From a bacterium (GTDB lineage: Bacteria > Vulcanimicrobiota > Xenobia > Xenobiales > Xenobiaceae), in the NCBI GenBank assembly GCA_022839105.1, contig JALHDH010000009.1, positions 4,573-68,572 on the forward strand: a DNA stretch of 64,000 nt, written 5' to 3'. The notes beneath the pieces were generated by a model. That model saw nothing but the letters and a program-made list of their open reading frames with translations. It was not told the origin of the DNA and ran no database searches. This document shows, piece by piece, positions 52,545 to 61,041 of this stretch (position 1 is the first letter of the stretch; each line of letters begins with the position of its first letter). The translations under genes and the position numbers were made by a program.

Positions 52545-53086
52545 GACATGCTCTTTCGATCCTCGGGATCCTTCTCACCCTGGCGTTCCTGCCGGCCTGC
52601 GGCGGCAAGACCCGGAGCGCGCCTCCCGAGCCTCAGCAGACCTCCATGGTCCGGGAGACGGGCAGCCCCCTTCCCGCCTTCAGCCTGAAGGATGCGGACG
52701 GCAACCCGATCGGCTTCACTCCCGGGACCGATGAACTGACCGTGCTGGAGGTCTGGGCGCCGACCTGGTTTGAGCAGGCCGAGGAACAGTTCCGACGCCT
52801 GGAGGAGCTTCACGAGCGCTTCGGGAATCGTGGGGTGCGCGTGCTGTGTCTGGCCTATGAGGCCCAACCGGCCCAGGTCCGCCAGGCCATCGAGAAGCAC
52901 GCGGCCCTCTTCGACGTGGCCCTGGGCGAAGAACCCACCTGGGAGATGCTGGAACTCCAGTCCCTGCCGACCACCTGGATCCTGGACCGGGAGGGCCGGA
53001 CGATCGAAAGGCTGGAGGGCTTCCAGCCCCTGGAGACCCTGGAGAAGAGCCTGGAAGAGATCCTTTCCGGGCCTCACGCTCCATAG
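52541..53086 (+). CDS. TlpA/ResA-like thioredoxin-fold lipoprotein lacking the CxxC motif
   Basis: Lipobox LAFLPAC. F.L.D..G....F...........VLEVWAPTWFEQAEEQ occurs where redoxins read FWA.WC.PC. The ATG overlaps the rqcH stop (ATGA). Confidence 0.7.
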   Translation: MRHALSILGILLTLAFLPACGGKTRSAPPEPQQTSMVRETGSPLPAFSLKDADGNPIGFTPGTDELTVLEVWAPTWFEQAEEQFRRLEELHERFGNRGVRVLCLAYEAQPAQVRQAIEKHAALFDVALGEEPTWEMLELQSLPTTWILDREGRTIERLEGFQPLETLEKSLEEILSGPHAP

Positions 53087-53164
53087 AACCTTCCAAGACG
53101 CAGGGACCTGGGAAGTGACGAGGCGGACCAGGGGTGGGACCAATAGACGGGAGGCGAACCTGCA

Positions 53165-54193
53165 GTGTCCCACCGCACCTTAGCCTGGTTGGCCTTGGTT
53201 GTGGCCGCCTTCACCCTGATCCTCCAGATCACCGCCAGGAAACCCGGGCCGGAGGAGCCTGCGGCCTCCCTGGGCTGGCTTCTGGAGTCCGAACGGGCCT
53301 TCGTCCGGGTCCTGCGAGGGGGGCGCTGGGACAACCGGACGATGCAGGCCGCGATGGCCGATTTCGAACGACTCGGCGCCCAGGATCCCTTCTATGGGCA
53401 CCACTACCTGGTCTACGCCCGTTGGGCGCGGGAACGCCTGGAGAAGGCCCCGAAAAGCTATCTGACCAGCTACGACCTCGCCATGCTCAGGTATCTGGAG
53501 GGCCGCGAGGACCCTGCTGAAGCCCTTCCCCTCCTGGCCGGCCGACGAGTCGACCCTGCCTCGCACTACGTCCCGGAGCTCTACCACCAGTGGTCGAAGG
53601 GCTTCTTCAGCTCCGACCGGGGGCGTTCCCTGCTCGACGAGATCCTCCCCCATATCAATCCCGCCCGACTCAAGGGGGCCACGGTGGCCGACATCGGCTC
53701 AGGTCCCGGGCAGTTTGCCCGAAGCCTGCTCGACCTCGTGGGAGATCAGGGGAAGGTCCTGGCGATCGACATCTGCCCCTCCGTCGCGGAAGTCCAGGCT
53801 CCCATGGCGCTGCTCGACCCGGACTTCGCAAGAATCCACTTCAGGATCCTCCCTCGGGGGGATCGGGGGGTGGGGGTCCTGCCGGAGGAGGCTCTCGATT
53901 TCGCCTTCCTGATGGATGTCCACCTGTTCTCCTTCTCCCCGGAGGAGTCGGATCCGCAGTTCCAGGAGGATTGGCTCGAGGCCCTGCATGCCGCGCTGCG
54001 TCCCGGCGGCACCTTCTTCCTCTTCGAGTCCTCCGGAGCCCCACAGGCCCTGGAGCAGACCCTTCAGTGGCTGACCCGGTCCCGGCTCCGTGGCCAGGAA
54101 TGGAGCGGGCCGGGTCTCCACGGAACGAGCTCGTTCTTCGTCCAGGTCCAGAAGGCCGAGGAGGCCCCGCCCTCTTCCGAACCTCAAGGGTGA
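53165..54193 (+). CDS. Class I SAM-dependent methyltransferase with an N-terminal membrane anchor
   Basis: Motif I VADIGSGPGQFA, post-I VLAIDI, and LRPGGTFFLFE. GTG start after GGGAGG. Confidence 0.7.
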   Translation: MSHRTLAWLALVVAAFTLILQITARKPGPEEPAASLGWLLESERAFVRVLRGGRWDNRTMQAAMADFERLGAQDPFYGHHYLVYARWARERLEKAPKSYLTSYDLAMLRYLEGREDPAEALPLLAGRRVDPASHYVPELYHQWSKGFFSSDRGRSLLDEILPHINPARLKGATVADIGSGPGQFARSLLDLVGDQGKVLAIDICPSVAEVQAPMALLDPDFARIHFRILPRGDRGVGVLPEEALDFAFLMDVHLFSFSPEESDPQFQEDWLEALHAALRPGGTFFLFESSGAPQALEQTLQWLTRSRLRGQEWSGPGLHGTSSFFVQVQKAEEAPPSSEPQG

Positions 54194-54203
54194 GGAACAG
54201 CCC

Positions 54204-56831
54204 TCAGTGCCAGCGGCTGCGATCTCCCGAGAGGCGGCCCACCGACAGGGCCCGAAAGGCGGGGGAGTCCTTCATGGGCAGACAGTATCGGGTCTGCCCG
54301 TCGAATTCCGCCAGGGCCCCGGCCACCGCCGCGGCCGTAGGCACCAGGCCGATCTCGCCCACCCCCTTGGCTCCACAGGGTCCCTCGGGCTCGGGCTCCT
54401 CGATCAGGATCACCTGGACCTCGGGCATGTCCCGCGCCCGCAGGACCCCCAGGTCCCGGAATCGGGTCGAGACGGGTCGCCCGTCCTCACAGGGCAGTTC
54501 CTCGGAGAGGGCATAACCCAGGCCCATGTGGATGGCTCCCTCGATCTGGGCCTCGCACAGGACAGGGTTGATGGCGCGTCCCACGTCGTGGGCAGCCACC
54601 ACCTTCTCGAGCCGACCCTCCTGGTCCAGGACCACCATCTGGGCCGCGTAGCTGAAGGCGCAATGGGTCCTGACCGGCCCCGGCGCGCCGGGCAGGGTCG
54701 TCTCGGCCCGACGCAGATCCGCGGCATAGACCCGACCCACCAGGCTCGAAAGCTCCTGACCCGCTTCCAGGTCCCGGCGCAGCTTGCCGGCAGCGTCCAG
54801 GACCGCCGCCCCGGCGAAGAAGGTGGCCCTTGAGCCGGTCGTCTGGCCGCAGTCCAGGGCAAAGGTGGAATCGACCCGGGGGCTGAAGAGGGTCGAAGGA
54901 AGGCCGCTGGCCTCGGAGGCGAACTGCGTCAGGATGGTCAGCAGGCCCTGACCCATCTCGGTATAGCCGCAGAAGAGCGAGATCGTGCCGTCGGCCTCCA
55001 CCACCAGGCGGGCTTTCCCCCATTCCTCCATCCCGTTGCCGATTCCCACGTTCTTGATCCCGCAAGCCAGACCGACGGCCCGACCTCGACTCCTGGCTTC
55101 GAGATAGGGCTCGCGGAGGGCCTCCAGGGTTCGTGCTGCCCCAGCCGAGGAGGGCCCCAGGACCTGTCCGGTCGTGAAGAGATCCCCGGGGCCGACCAGG
55201 TTGCGCCGACGCATCTCCCAGGCATCCAGGCCGACCTTTCGGGCCAGCAGATCCAGGCAACCCTCGATGGCAAAGGCAGCCTGGTTGACCCCGAAGCCCC
55301 GCATGGCTCCACAAGGGGGGTTGTTGGTGTAGACCGCCAGGGCCTCGACCTCCAGGGCCGGAACCCGGTAGGGACCACAGGCGTGGCCAGCCGCGCGCTG
55401 CATGACCTTGGCTCCCACCGAGGCATAGGCGCCCGTGTCCCCGACGATCCTCGCCCGCACGGCGGTCAGGCGTCCCGCGGCATCGCAGCCCGCGGTGTAT
55501 TCCAGGCGCATCGGGTGGCGCTTGGGATGCATCAGGACCGACTCCTCGCGGGAGAGGGCCAGCCGCACGGGACGGCCGGTCTGAAGGGCAAGCAGGGCCG
55601 CATGGGCCTGGACCGAGAGGTCCTCCTTGCCGCCGAAGGCGCCTCCGTTGGGGATCAGTTCGACCTGGACGGCCTCGGGTTCCAGGCCCAGGACCGCCGC
55701 CACCTGGCGCCGATCGTCGAAGATCCCCTGCCCCTGGGTGAGGAGCCGGACCCCTCCCTCCTCCGGGACGGCCAGGGCGGCCTCCGGCTCCATGAAGAGG
55801 TGGTCCACCCTCTGGGTGGTCCACACCCCGTGGACCACATGCTCGCTCTGGGACAGGGCCTGCTCCACCTGGCCCCTGGACTCGTGGAAGCGCGAGAGAA
55901 GGTTGGCGTGCCGGGGATTGACCTGGGGGGCTCCCGGGGTCAGGGCCTGCTCGGCCGAGAGAACGGGAGGCAGGGGCTCATAATCCACCTCCACCAGGCC
56001 TGCAGCCCGACGAGCCAGGACCGGGTCCTCGGCGGCCACCGCGGCCAGGACATCGCCTACGCAGCGGACCTCCTCCCCGACGGCCACCAGGACCGGCCAG
56101 TCCCGGGTGATCAGGCCGACCCAGCGCTCTGCGGGCACGTCGGCCGCGGTCACGACCCCCAGGACCCCGGGCAGGGCCCGGGCCTTGGCGGCATCCACCC
56201 GAAGCACGCGGGCCCGAGCGTGACTCGAGAGGACCAGGGCGCCGTGCAGGAGTCCCGGCGGGGCGAGGTCGGCCACGAAGGGTCTCTGCCCCAGGACCGA
56301 AGCGCGGGCCTGGTAGCGGACCACGGAGCGGCCAACGCCCCCGGAATGCTCCACCTCGGGGATCGGCCGGCCCCGGCGAGCCGCAGCGGCAAGCTCCAGC
56401 GCATCCAGGATCCGCTTGTAGCCGGTGCAACGACAGACGTGTCCGTCCAGGGCGCGGACCAGCTCCGCGCGGGTCGGCTGCGGATTGGACTCCAGGAAGG
56501 CGTGGGCCCGGACCACGATCCCGGGAATGCACCAGCCACACTGCAGGCCCGAGGTGGCCTCGAAGCAACGGGCGTACAGCTCCCGCACGGCCGGATCCAG
56601 ACCCTCCAGGGTGACCACGTTGCGCCCTTCCACACGGGTGGCCGGAATGGCGCAGGTGGTCAACGGGCGCCCGTCCACCAGGGCCAGACAACTCCCGCAT
56701 TGTCCCTGGGGGCGGCAACCTTCCTTGCAGGAACGGATCCCCAGACGATTCCGCAGGATCTCCAGCAGCGACTCTTCAGGGTGGGCCTGGACCCGGACAG
56801 GCGTGGCGTTCAGGACAAAGCAGATCTCCAT
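54204..56831 (-). CDS. Molybdopterin-dependent aldehyde oxidoreductase / xanthine-dehydrogenase-family protein with fused N-terminal 2x[2Fe-2S] domains (Mop-like)
   Basis: N-terminal CKEGCRPQGQCGSCLALVDG and GLQCGWCIPG...CRCTGY iron-sulfur motifs, then the a/b-hammerhead and MoCo-binding domains (GGAFGGKED, RMRGFG-type AMRGFGVNQ, GAKGVGE). Confidence 0.9.
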   Translation of the reverse strand: MEICFVLNATPVRVQAHPEESLLEILRNRLGIRSCKEGCRPQGQCGSCLALVDGRPLTTCAIPATRVEGRNVVTLEGLDPAVRELYARCFEATSGLQCGWCIPGIVVRAHAFLESNPQPTRAELVRALDGHVCRCTGYKRILDALELAAAARRGRPIPEVEHSGGVGRSVVRYQARASVLGQRPFVADLAPPGLLHGALVLSSHARARVLRVDAAKARALPGVLGVVTAADVPAERWVGLITRDWPVLVAVGEEVRCVGDVLAAVAAEDPVLARRAAGLVEVDYEPLPPVLSAEQALTPGAPQVNPRHANLLSRFHESRGQVEQALSQSEHVVHGVWTTQRVDHLFMEPEAALAVPEEGGVRLLTQGQGIFDDRRQVAAVLGLEPEAVQVELIPNGGAFGGKEDLSVQAHAALLALQTGRPVRLALSREESVLMHPKRHPMRLEYTAGCDAAGRLTAVRARIVGDTGAYASVGAKVMQRAAGHACGPYRVPALEVEALAVYTNNPPCGAMRGFGVNQAAFAIEGCLDLLARKVGLDAWEMRRRNLVGPGDLFTTGQVLGPSSAGAARTLEALREPYLEARSRGRAVGLACGIKNVGIGNGMEEWGKARLVVEADGTISLFCGYTEMGQGLLTILTQFASEASGLPSTLFSPRVDSTFALDCGQTTGSRATFFAGAAVLDAAGKLRRDLEAGQELSSLVGRVYAADLRRAETTLPGAPGPVRTHCAFSYAAQMVVLDQEGRLEKVVAAHDVGRAINPVLCEAQIEGAIHMGLGYALSEELPCEDGRPVSTRFRDLGVLRARDMPEVQVILIEEPEPEGPCGAKGVGEIGLVPTAAAVAGALAEFDGQTRYCLPMKDSPAFRALSVGRLSGDRSRWH

Positions 56832-56906
56832 GCCCTGTTCTTCGCAACTCGTCCGGGTGGGCCTGCGCGGCGAGGGTGCCTGCTCAGGCGACGAAGGCGA
56901 TGCGAT

Positions 56907-57158
56907 TCAGGAGTGCGAGAGCGGTGAGGGCACGACCCGTCGCCAGATCTCCTGGGCCTCTCCACCCGGGCTGGGACACAGGTTCCGGACCGCGCACCCC
57001 CCGCATGAGGGAGGCGAGGCGCACAGACGCTCGATATAGCCGCGTGACTCCAGCAATCCCAGCATGCCCTCGAGCGCAGACGGGGTGGTCCCCAGCTCGT
57101 GCGCGAGTTGGCCCGAGGAGCGCGGAGCCTCCAACAGCTCCAACAGACGCTCGATCAC
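56907..57158 (-). CDS. feoC: FeoC-like winged-helix protein with a C-terminal Cys cluster
   Basis: IERLLELLEAPRSSGQLAHELGTTPSALEGMLGLLESRGYIERL followed by CASPPSCGGCAVRNLC. The GTG at 57158 overlaps the feoB stop (GTGA). Confidence 0.7.
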   Translation of the reverse strand: MIERLLELLEAPRSSGQLAHELGTTPSALEGMLGLLESRGYIERLCASPPSCGGCAVRNLCPSPGGEAQEIWRRVVPSPLSHS

Positions 57159-59233
57159 AGGGGGATCCTGGCGGCCAGGAAGGCCAGGGCATAGGCCACG
57201 ACCAGTTGATACAGGGCCGAGAGGGTTGCCCAGCGTCGCCCGAACTCCAGCCTCAGGGCCATCAACGTGCCCACGCAGGGGGTGTAGAGCAGGACGAAGA
57301 CCAGATAGGCCAGGGCCCCGGAGCGGGAGATCGAGGTGGAGAGCGCGGCAGCGAGGCCTTCGGGAGCCTCGGGAGGAGGAAGGTGGAGCCCCGGCACGCC
57401 GAGCAGGGAAGGGAAGGCCAGCAGGGTGGCCCACAAGGCCTCTCCCAGACCCGTCGCGATCCCGCGCATCCCTTCAAGCAGGCCCAGGGGAGCCACCGGG
57501 TCGGACTGCAGGTAGCTCACCCCCAAGGTGCCGATCACCACCTCCTTGGCTACGAATCCCGGCACCAGGGCTCCGGCCAGACGCCAATCGTGGATCTCCA
57601 GGGGGCCCAGGGCCCAGGTCAGCCCCGTGGCGACTCGCGCATACAGGCTCTGGGAAATCTCGCCCGGGGGCAGGTTCAAGAGGACCCACACGGCCGCGAC
57701 CGACACCAGGATGGCCCCCCCGACGCCCTCGATGAAGATCCAGGTGCGGGCTGAAGCCTGTCGCCACACCACCTTCCAGGTGGGGATCCGATAGGGCGGG
57801 AGTTCCATGGCCGAACCGGCCTCGCTGGGAGGGGTCAGACGCCCCAGGGCCAGCGCCGTCAACATTCCCACCAGCAGGCCCAGAAGGTACAGGCCGAAGA
57901 CCACCAGGGCCGCCTGCCGGGGGAAGAAGATGGAGGTGAACAGGGTGAAGACCGCCAGACGCGCGCTGCAGGCCGCGAAAGGCACGGCCAGGGCCACGCG
58001 CAGGCGATCCGAGAAGGACTCCATCGTCCGGGTGGCCGAGATGGCCGGAACATTGCAGCCGAACCCCAGGATCATGGGGATGAAGGCCCGACCGGGCAGA
58101 CCCATCGCCTTCATGAGGCGATCCACCAGGAAGGCGGATCGAGCCAGGAAACCGCTGGCTTCCAGGAAGCTCAGCGCCAGGAAGAGGAAGAAAAGGACCG
58201 GTGTGAAGGCCAGGACCGTCCCGATCCCACCGACCAGGCCGTCCGCCAGGAAGGACGCCACCAGACCCGGCAAGGGCAAGGCGGCGATCCATCCGCCCAG
58301 CACCTCCTGGACCCGTCCCAGCCAGTGGACCCAGGGGTCGGAGAACTCAAAGGTGAAGCGGAAGACCAGAAGCATTCCCATCAGGAAGAGGGGGATTCCC
58401 AACCAGGGATGCAGGAACCAGCGATCCAGGGCCTCGGTCAGGCGATGCGCTCCAGGTCGGGAGGCCTGGACGCTCTGGGCGATCTCGCGCGCCGCCTGAT
58501 AGCGGGTGCCCGCGATCTGCAGGAAGGGATCGATGCCCCGGGCCGCCAGTTCGACTTTGAGGGTCTCGACCAGGCGGGCAGCGGGTTCCTCCAGCGCAAT
58601 CGGCTCTCCGGCCAGTGCGGCCAGGGCCATCCAACGATGGGAAGGGTGCTGGATCAAGGGCTCCAGACGAGCGACGGCGCTCTCGATGCCCTCGGGATAG
58701 TCCAGGCGTACGGTGGGCGGCCGGGCCCGCAGGGCGGCCTTCACCAGCCCCTCCATCCCCTGCTCCCGCACGGCGACGGTGGCCACCACGGGGACCCCCA
58801 GGCGCTCCTCGAGGATCTCCGGACGCAGCTCGAGCCCCCGGGCGCGAGCCTCGTCGAGAAGGTTGAGGGCCACCACCACCGGATGACCCAGCTCGGCCAG
58901 CTCCAGGGTCAGGTAGAGGTTCCGCTCCAGGTTGCTGGCATCCACCACGTCGAAGACCGCATCCGGACGCCCCGCCAGCAGCTCATCCCGGGTCAGGCGC
59001 TCCTCGGCCGTGCTGGCCGCCAGGCTGTAGGATCCGGGAAGATCGACCAGACAGGCCCGACGCCCTTCCACGGGGAAGCAGGTCTCGACCTTCTCGACCG
59101 TCGTTCCGGGCCAGTTGCCGATCCGCAGGCTGGAGCCCGACAGCGCGTTGACCAGGGTGGTCTTGCCGGTGTTGGGGTTGCCGACGGCGACGAAACGCAG
59201 GTCGGCCACCGCGGGCTCCGCCAGGCATGCCAC
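57155..59233 (-). CDS. feoB: Ferrous iron transporter FeoB (G-domain + permease)
   Basis: VAVGNPNTGKTTLVNALSG, GNWPGTTVEK, DLPGSYSL, then about 10 TM helices with gate motifs. GTG start at 59233. Confidence 0.95.
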   Translation of the reverse strand: MACLAEPAVADLRFVAVGNPNTGKTTLVNALSGSSLRIGNWPGTTVEKVETCFPVEGRRACLVDLPGSYSLAASTAEERLTRDELLAGRPDAVFDVVDASNLERNLYLTLELAELGHPVVVALNLLDEARARGLELRPEILEERLGVPVVATVAVREQGMEGLVKAALRARPPTVRLDYPEGIESAVARLEPLIQHPSHRWMALAALAGEPIALEEPAARLVETLKVELAARGIDPFLQIAGTRYQAAREIAQSVQASRPGAHRLTEALDRWFLHPWLGIPLFLMGMLLVFRFTFEFSDPWVHWLGRVQEVLGGWIAALPLPGLVASFLADGLVGGIGTVLAFTPVLFFLFLALSFLEASGFLARSAFLVDRLMKAMGLPGRAFIPMILGFGCNVPAISATRTMESFSDRLRVALAVPFAACSARLAVFTLFTSIFFPRQAALVVFGLYLLGLLVGMLTALALGRLTPPSEAGSAMELPPYRIPTWKVVWRQASARTWIFIEGVGGAILVSVAAVWVLLNLPPGEISQSLYARVATGLTWALGPLEIHDWRLAGALVPGFVAKEVVIGTLGVSYLQSDPVAPLGLLEGMRGIATGLGEALWATLLAFPSLLGVPGLHLPPPEAPEGLAAALSTSISRSGALAYLVFVLLYTPCVGTLMALRLEFGRRWATLSALYQLVVAYALAFLAARIPL

Positions 59234-59237
59234 GAAT

Positions 59238-59462
59238 TCAACCCTCGACCACGATGCCGGCGGCCTCTTCGCAGCGCAGCATCAAGAGGCAGCCGGAAAC
59301 GTCGAATTCCAGGGGGTCCCCCAGGGGAGCCCGCCGAACCATGCGCACCCGGGCTCCCGGACTCAGGCCCAGGGCCATGATCCTCCGGGCCCGGAGGTGG
59401 GGACCTCCCACGGCGTGGACCAGGGCTTCTTCGTTCATGGCCAGTTCGGTCAGGCAGCGCAT
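59238..59462 (-). CDS. feoA: FeoA (SH3-like) ferrous iron transport protein
   Basis: L.EL..NEEALV..V.G.....RR.MALGLSPGARVRMVRRAPLGDPLEF.V.G..L.LR..EA..I.V. ATG at 59462 gives a typical 74-aa FeoA. The ORF also opens at ATG 59558 (106 aa), and the extra 32 codons have weaker G/C bias at third positions. Confidence 0.75.
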   Translation of the reverse strand: MRCLTELAMNEEALVHAVGGPHLRARRIMALGLSPGARVRMVRRAPLGDPLEFDVSGCLLMLRCEEAAGIVVEG

Positions 59463-59721
59463 CGTCTCGGGATCTCTTTCTCGAAGTGCGGACTCTTCGG
59501 GGGCCCTGTCCAGACCAGGATAGCTCTCCGAAATGAAGGCTTCCTTGTCCCAGATCATTCGGCGAGCCTTACTTTATCCAACCCCCCTCCCAGAAGCAAG
59601 GGCCTCCGGGATCCCGAATGTGTACATCCTGACACGATCGGTGGCCAGGAGGGGGCGTCTGGAGGGAGCGACACCGGAGGCGTCGATCATGAGGTCCAGG
59701 GATGAATCGATGGAGGCCGCG

Positions 59722-60144
59722 ATGCACAGACTGTTCCTGAGCCTGATCCTGGCGGCCTCTTGTTGGGCCTGCTCGCCCCAGGCCAGCGGCCCGCCCCGGC
59801 CCTCGGGAGACCTGGCTCCCCTCTCCTCCCAGGGCCTGACCGCTCCCCAGGATCCGGTTTCGGCGGTGGATTCCCCGCCCGCCGCCGGACACCCGAATCC
59901 GGAACTCATGACCGGGACGCCGGGAGAACTGACCGGGACGGTGGTCGAGGTCCGCGGGCAGGATCTCTTCCTGGCCCGCCCCAGCGGAGTCGAATTGAGA
60001 TTCCGCCTGCCCGGAGACCTGCAGCTCAGACCCGAAGGACGCACCCTCGAGGATCTGGCCCCGGGCACCGAGGTCATGGTGCGGATCCGCAACGTCGAGC
60101 GAGGGATGGAAGCCAGCGAGATCCTCTTCGAAGAGGCCCGCTGA
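59722..60144 (+). CDS. Small secreted protein or lipoprotein, hypothetical
   Basis: GGAGG lies 5 nt before ATG 59722. Signal sequence MHRLFLSLILAASCWAC, a Pro/Ser-rich spacer, then a beta-rich roughly 80-aa domain. Confidence 0.5.
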   Translation: MHRLFLSLILAASCWACSPQASGPPRPSGDLAPLSSQGLTAPQDPVSAVDSPPAAGHPNPELMTGTPGELTGTVVEVRGQDLFLARPSGVELRFRLPGDLQLRPEGRTLEDLAPGTEVMVRIRNVERGMEASEILFEEAR

Positions 60145-60159
60145 AGCCTCCTTTCGGGC

Positions 60160-61041
60160 TCAATCCGCCGTCTTGGAACCGGGATCGATCCCCTCGAAGA
60201 GGGGCACCACCCGCCAGGCTCCCCGAACCGTCAGCACGGCACATGTGGCCCGGCGGACGACGGCGCTGGCCGTGCTCCCCAGAGGAAGGCCGGCCAGCAA
60301 GCGGCGCCCCCGGGTCCCCTGGACCACCAGATCCACCTCCTTGCGTTGGGCCAGGGCCACGATCGCGTCGGCGGGATCGCCGACATCGACGAAGAGGCGG
60401 GACTCCGGGACCCCGAACCGGCGCCCCAGCTCGGCCAGGAACTCCCAGGTGGCCCGCTGTCGATCGGATTGGAGCTCGTCAAGCACGTGCACCATGAGGA
60501 TCTCCGAACGCAGAGCGCCGGCCAGCTCGGCCGCGTAGGCCAGGGCGTCCCGGGAGGGAGACTCGAAGTCGATGGGCACCAGGATCCTCTGGACGTGCAG
60601 GCGAGGGGCCACCTGCGACTGGCCCAGGTCGACGGGGTCCGAAGTCGGTCCGCAGGCCTCGACCCGCTTGACGGTCAGCACCGGGCAATGGGCCTGGGAG
60701 ACCACGGCCTCGGCGGCACTCCCCAGCACGAGCCGCTCGGCTCCCCGGCGCCCATGGGTGGACATGACCATCACGGCCTCGGGAATCTCCCCGCTCAGGC
60801 GGACCAGGACCTCAGCCGGAGCCCCGACCTCAGCCCGGACATGGAAATCTGGGAACTCCTGGAAGCGGGCCACCCGCTCGAGGTGTTCGCGCACCTCCGG
60901 CAGGTCCTTCGGGGAATCGCATGCATGGACCAGGAGGATCCTCGCGCCAGAAACCTCGGCCAGGTCCCGGGCATAGGAAAAGGCCTGATAGGAACAATGC
61001 GAAAAGTCCGTGGGAAGGAGGATCGTCTCCAGCGCGATCAT
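60160..61041 (-). CDS. Tandem universal stress protein (2x UspA domain)
   Basis: Two repeats of ILLPTDFS....A..YA..LA......L.LVH....... ending in G.RG......LGS.A..V...A.CPVLTV. The ATG at 61041 overlaps the amidase stop (ATGA). Confidence 0.85.
   Translation of the reverse strand: MIALETILLPTDFSHCSYQAFSYARDLAEVSGARILLVHACDSPKDLPEVREHLERVARFQEFPDFHVRAEVGAPAEVLVRLSGEIPEAVMVMSTHGRRGAERLVLGSAAEAVVSQAHCPVLTVKRVEACGPTSDPVDLGQSQVAPRLHVQRILVPIDFESPSRDALAYAAELAGALRSEILMVHVLDELQSDRQRATWEFLAELGRRFGVPESRLFVDVGDPADAIVALAQRKEVDLVVQGTRGRRLLAGLPLGSTASAVVRRATCAVLTVRGAWRVVPLFEGIDPGSKTAD

Noticed and set aside
49832-53086. 740-aa (minus) and 780-aa (plus) ORFs spanning gmk, remA, rqcH and the trx-like gene
   Set aside because: Only the terminal segments carry real family motifs (gmk and the Trx-like lipoprotein). 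The remainders are antisense or out-of-frame to rqcH and are extremely Arg/Pro/Gly-rich.
59463-59721. Fur box upstream of feoA
   Set aside because: Only weak GATAA-like fragments (GGATAAAGTAAGG) and a 6-bp TGTACA palindrome are present. Nothing approaches the 19-bp Fur consensus.
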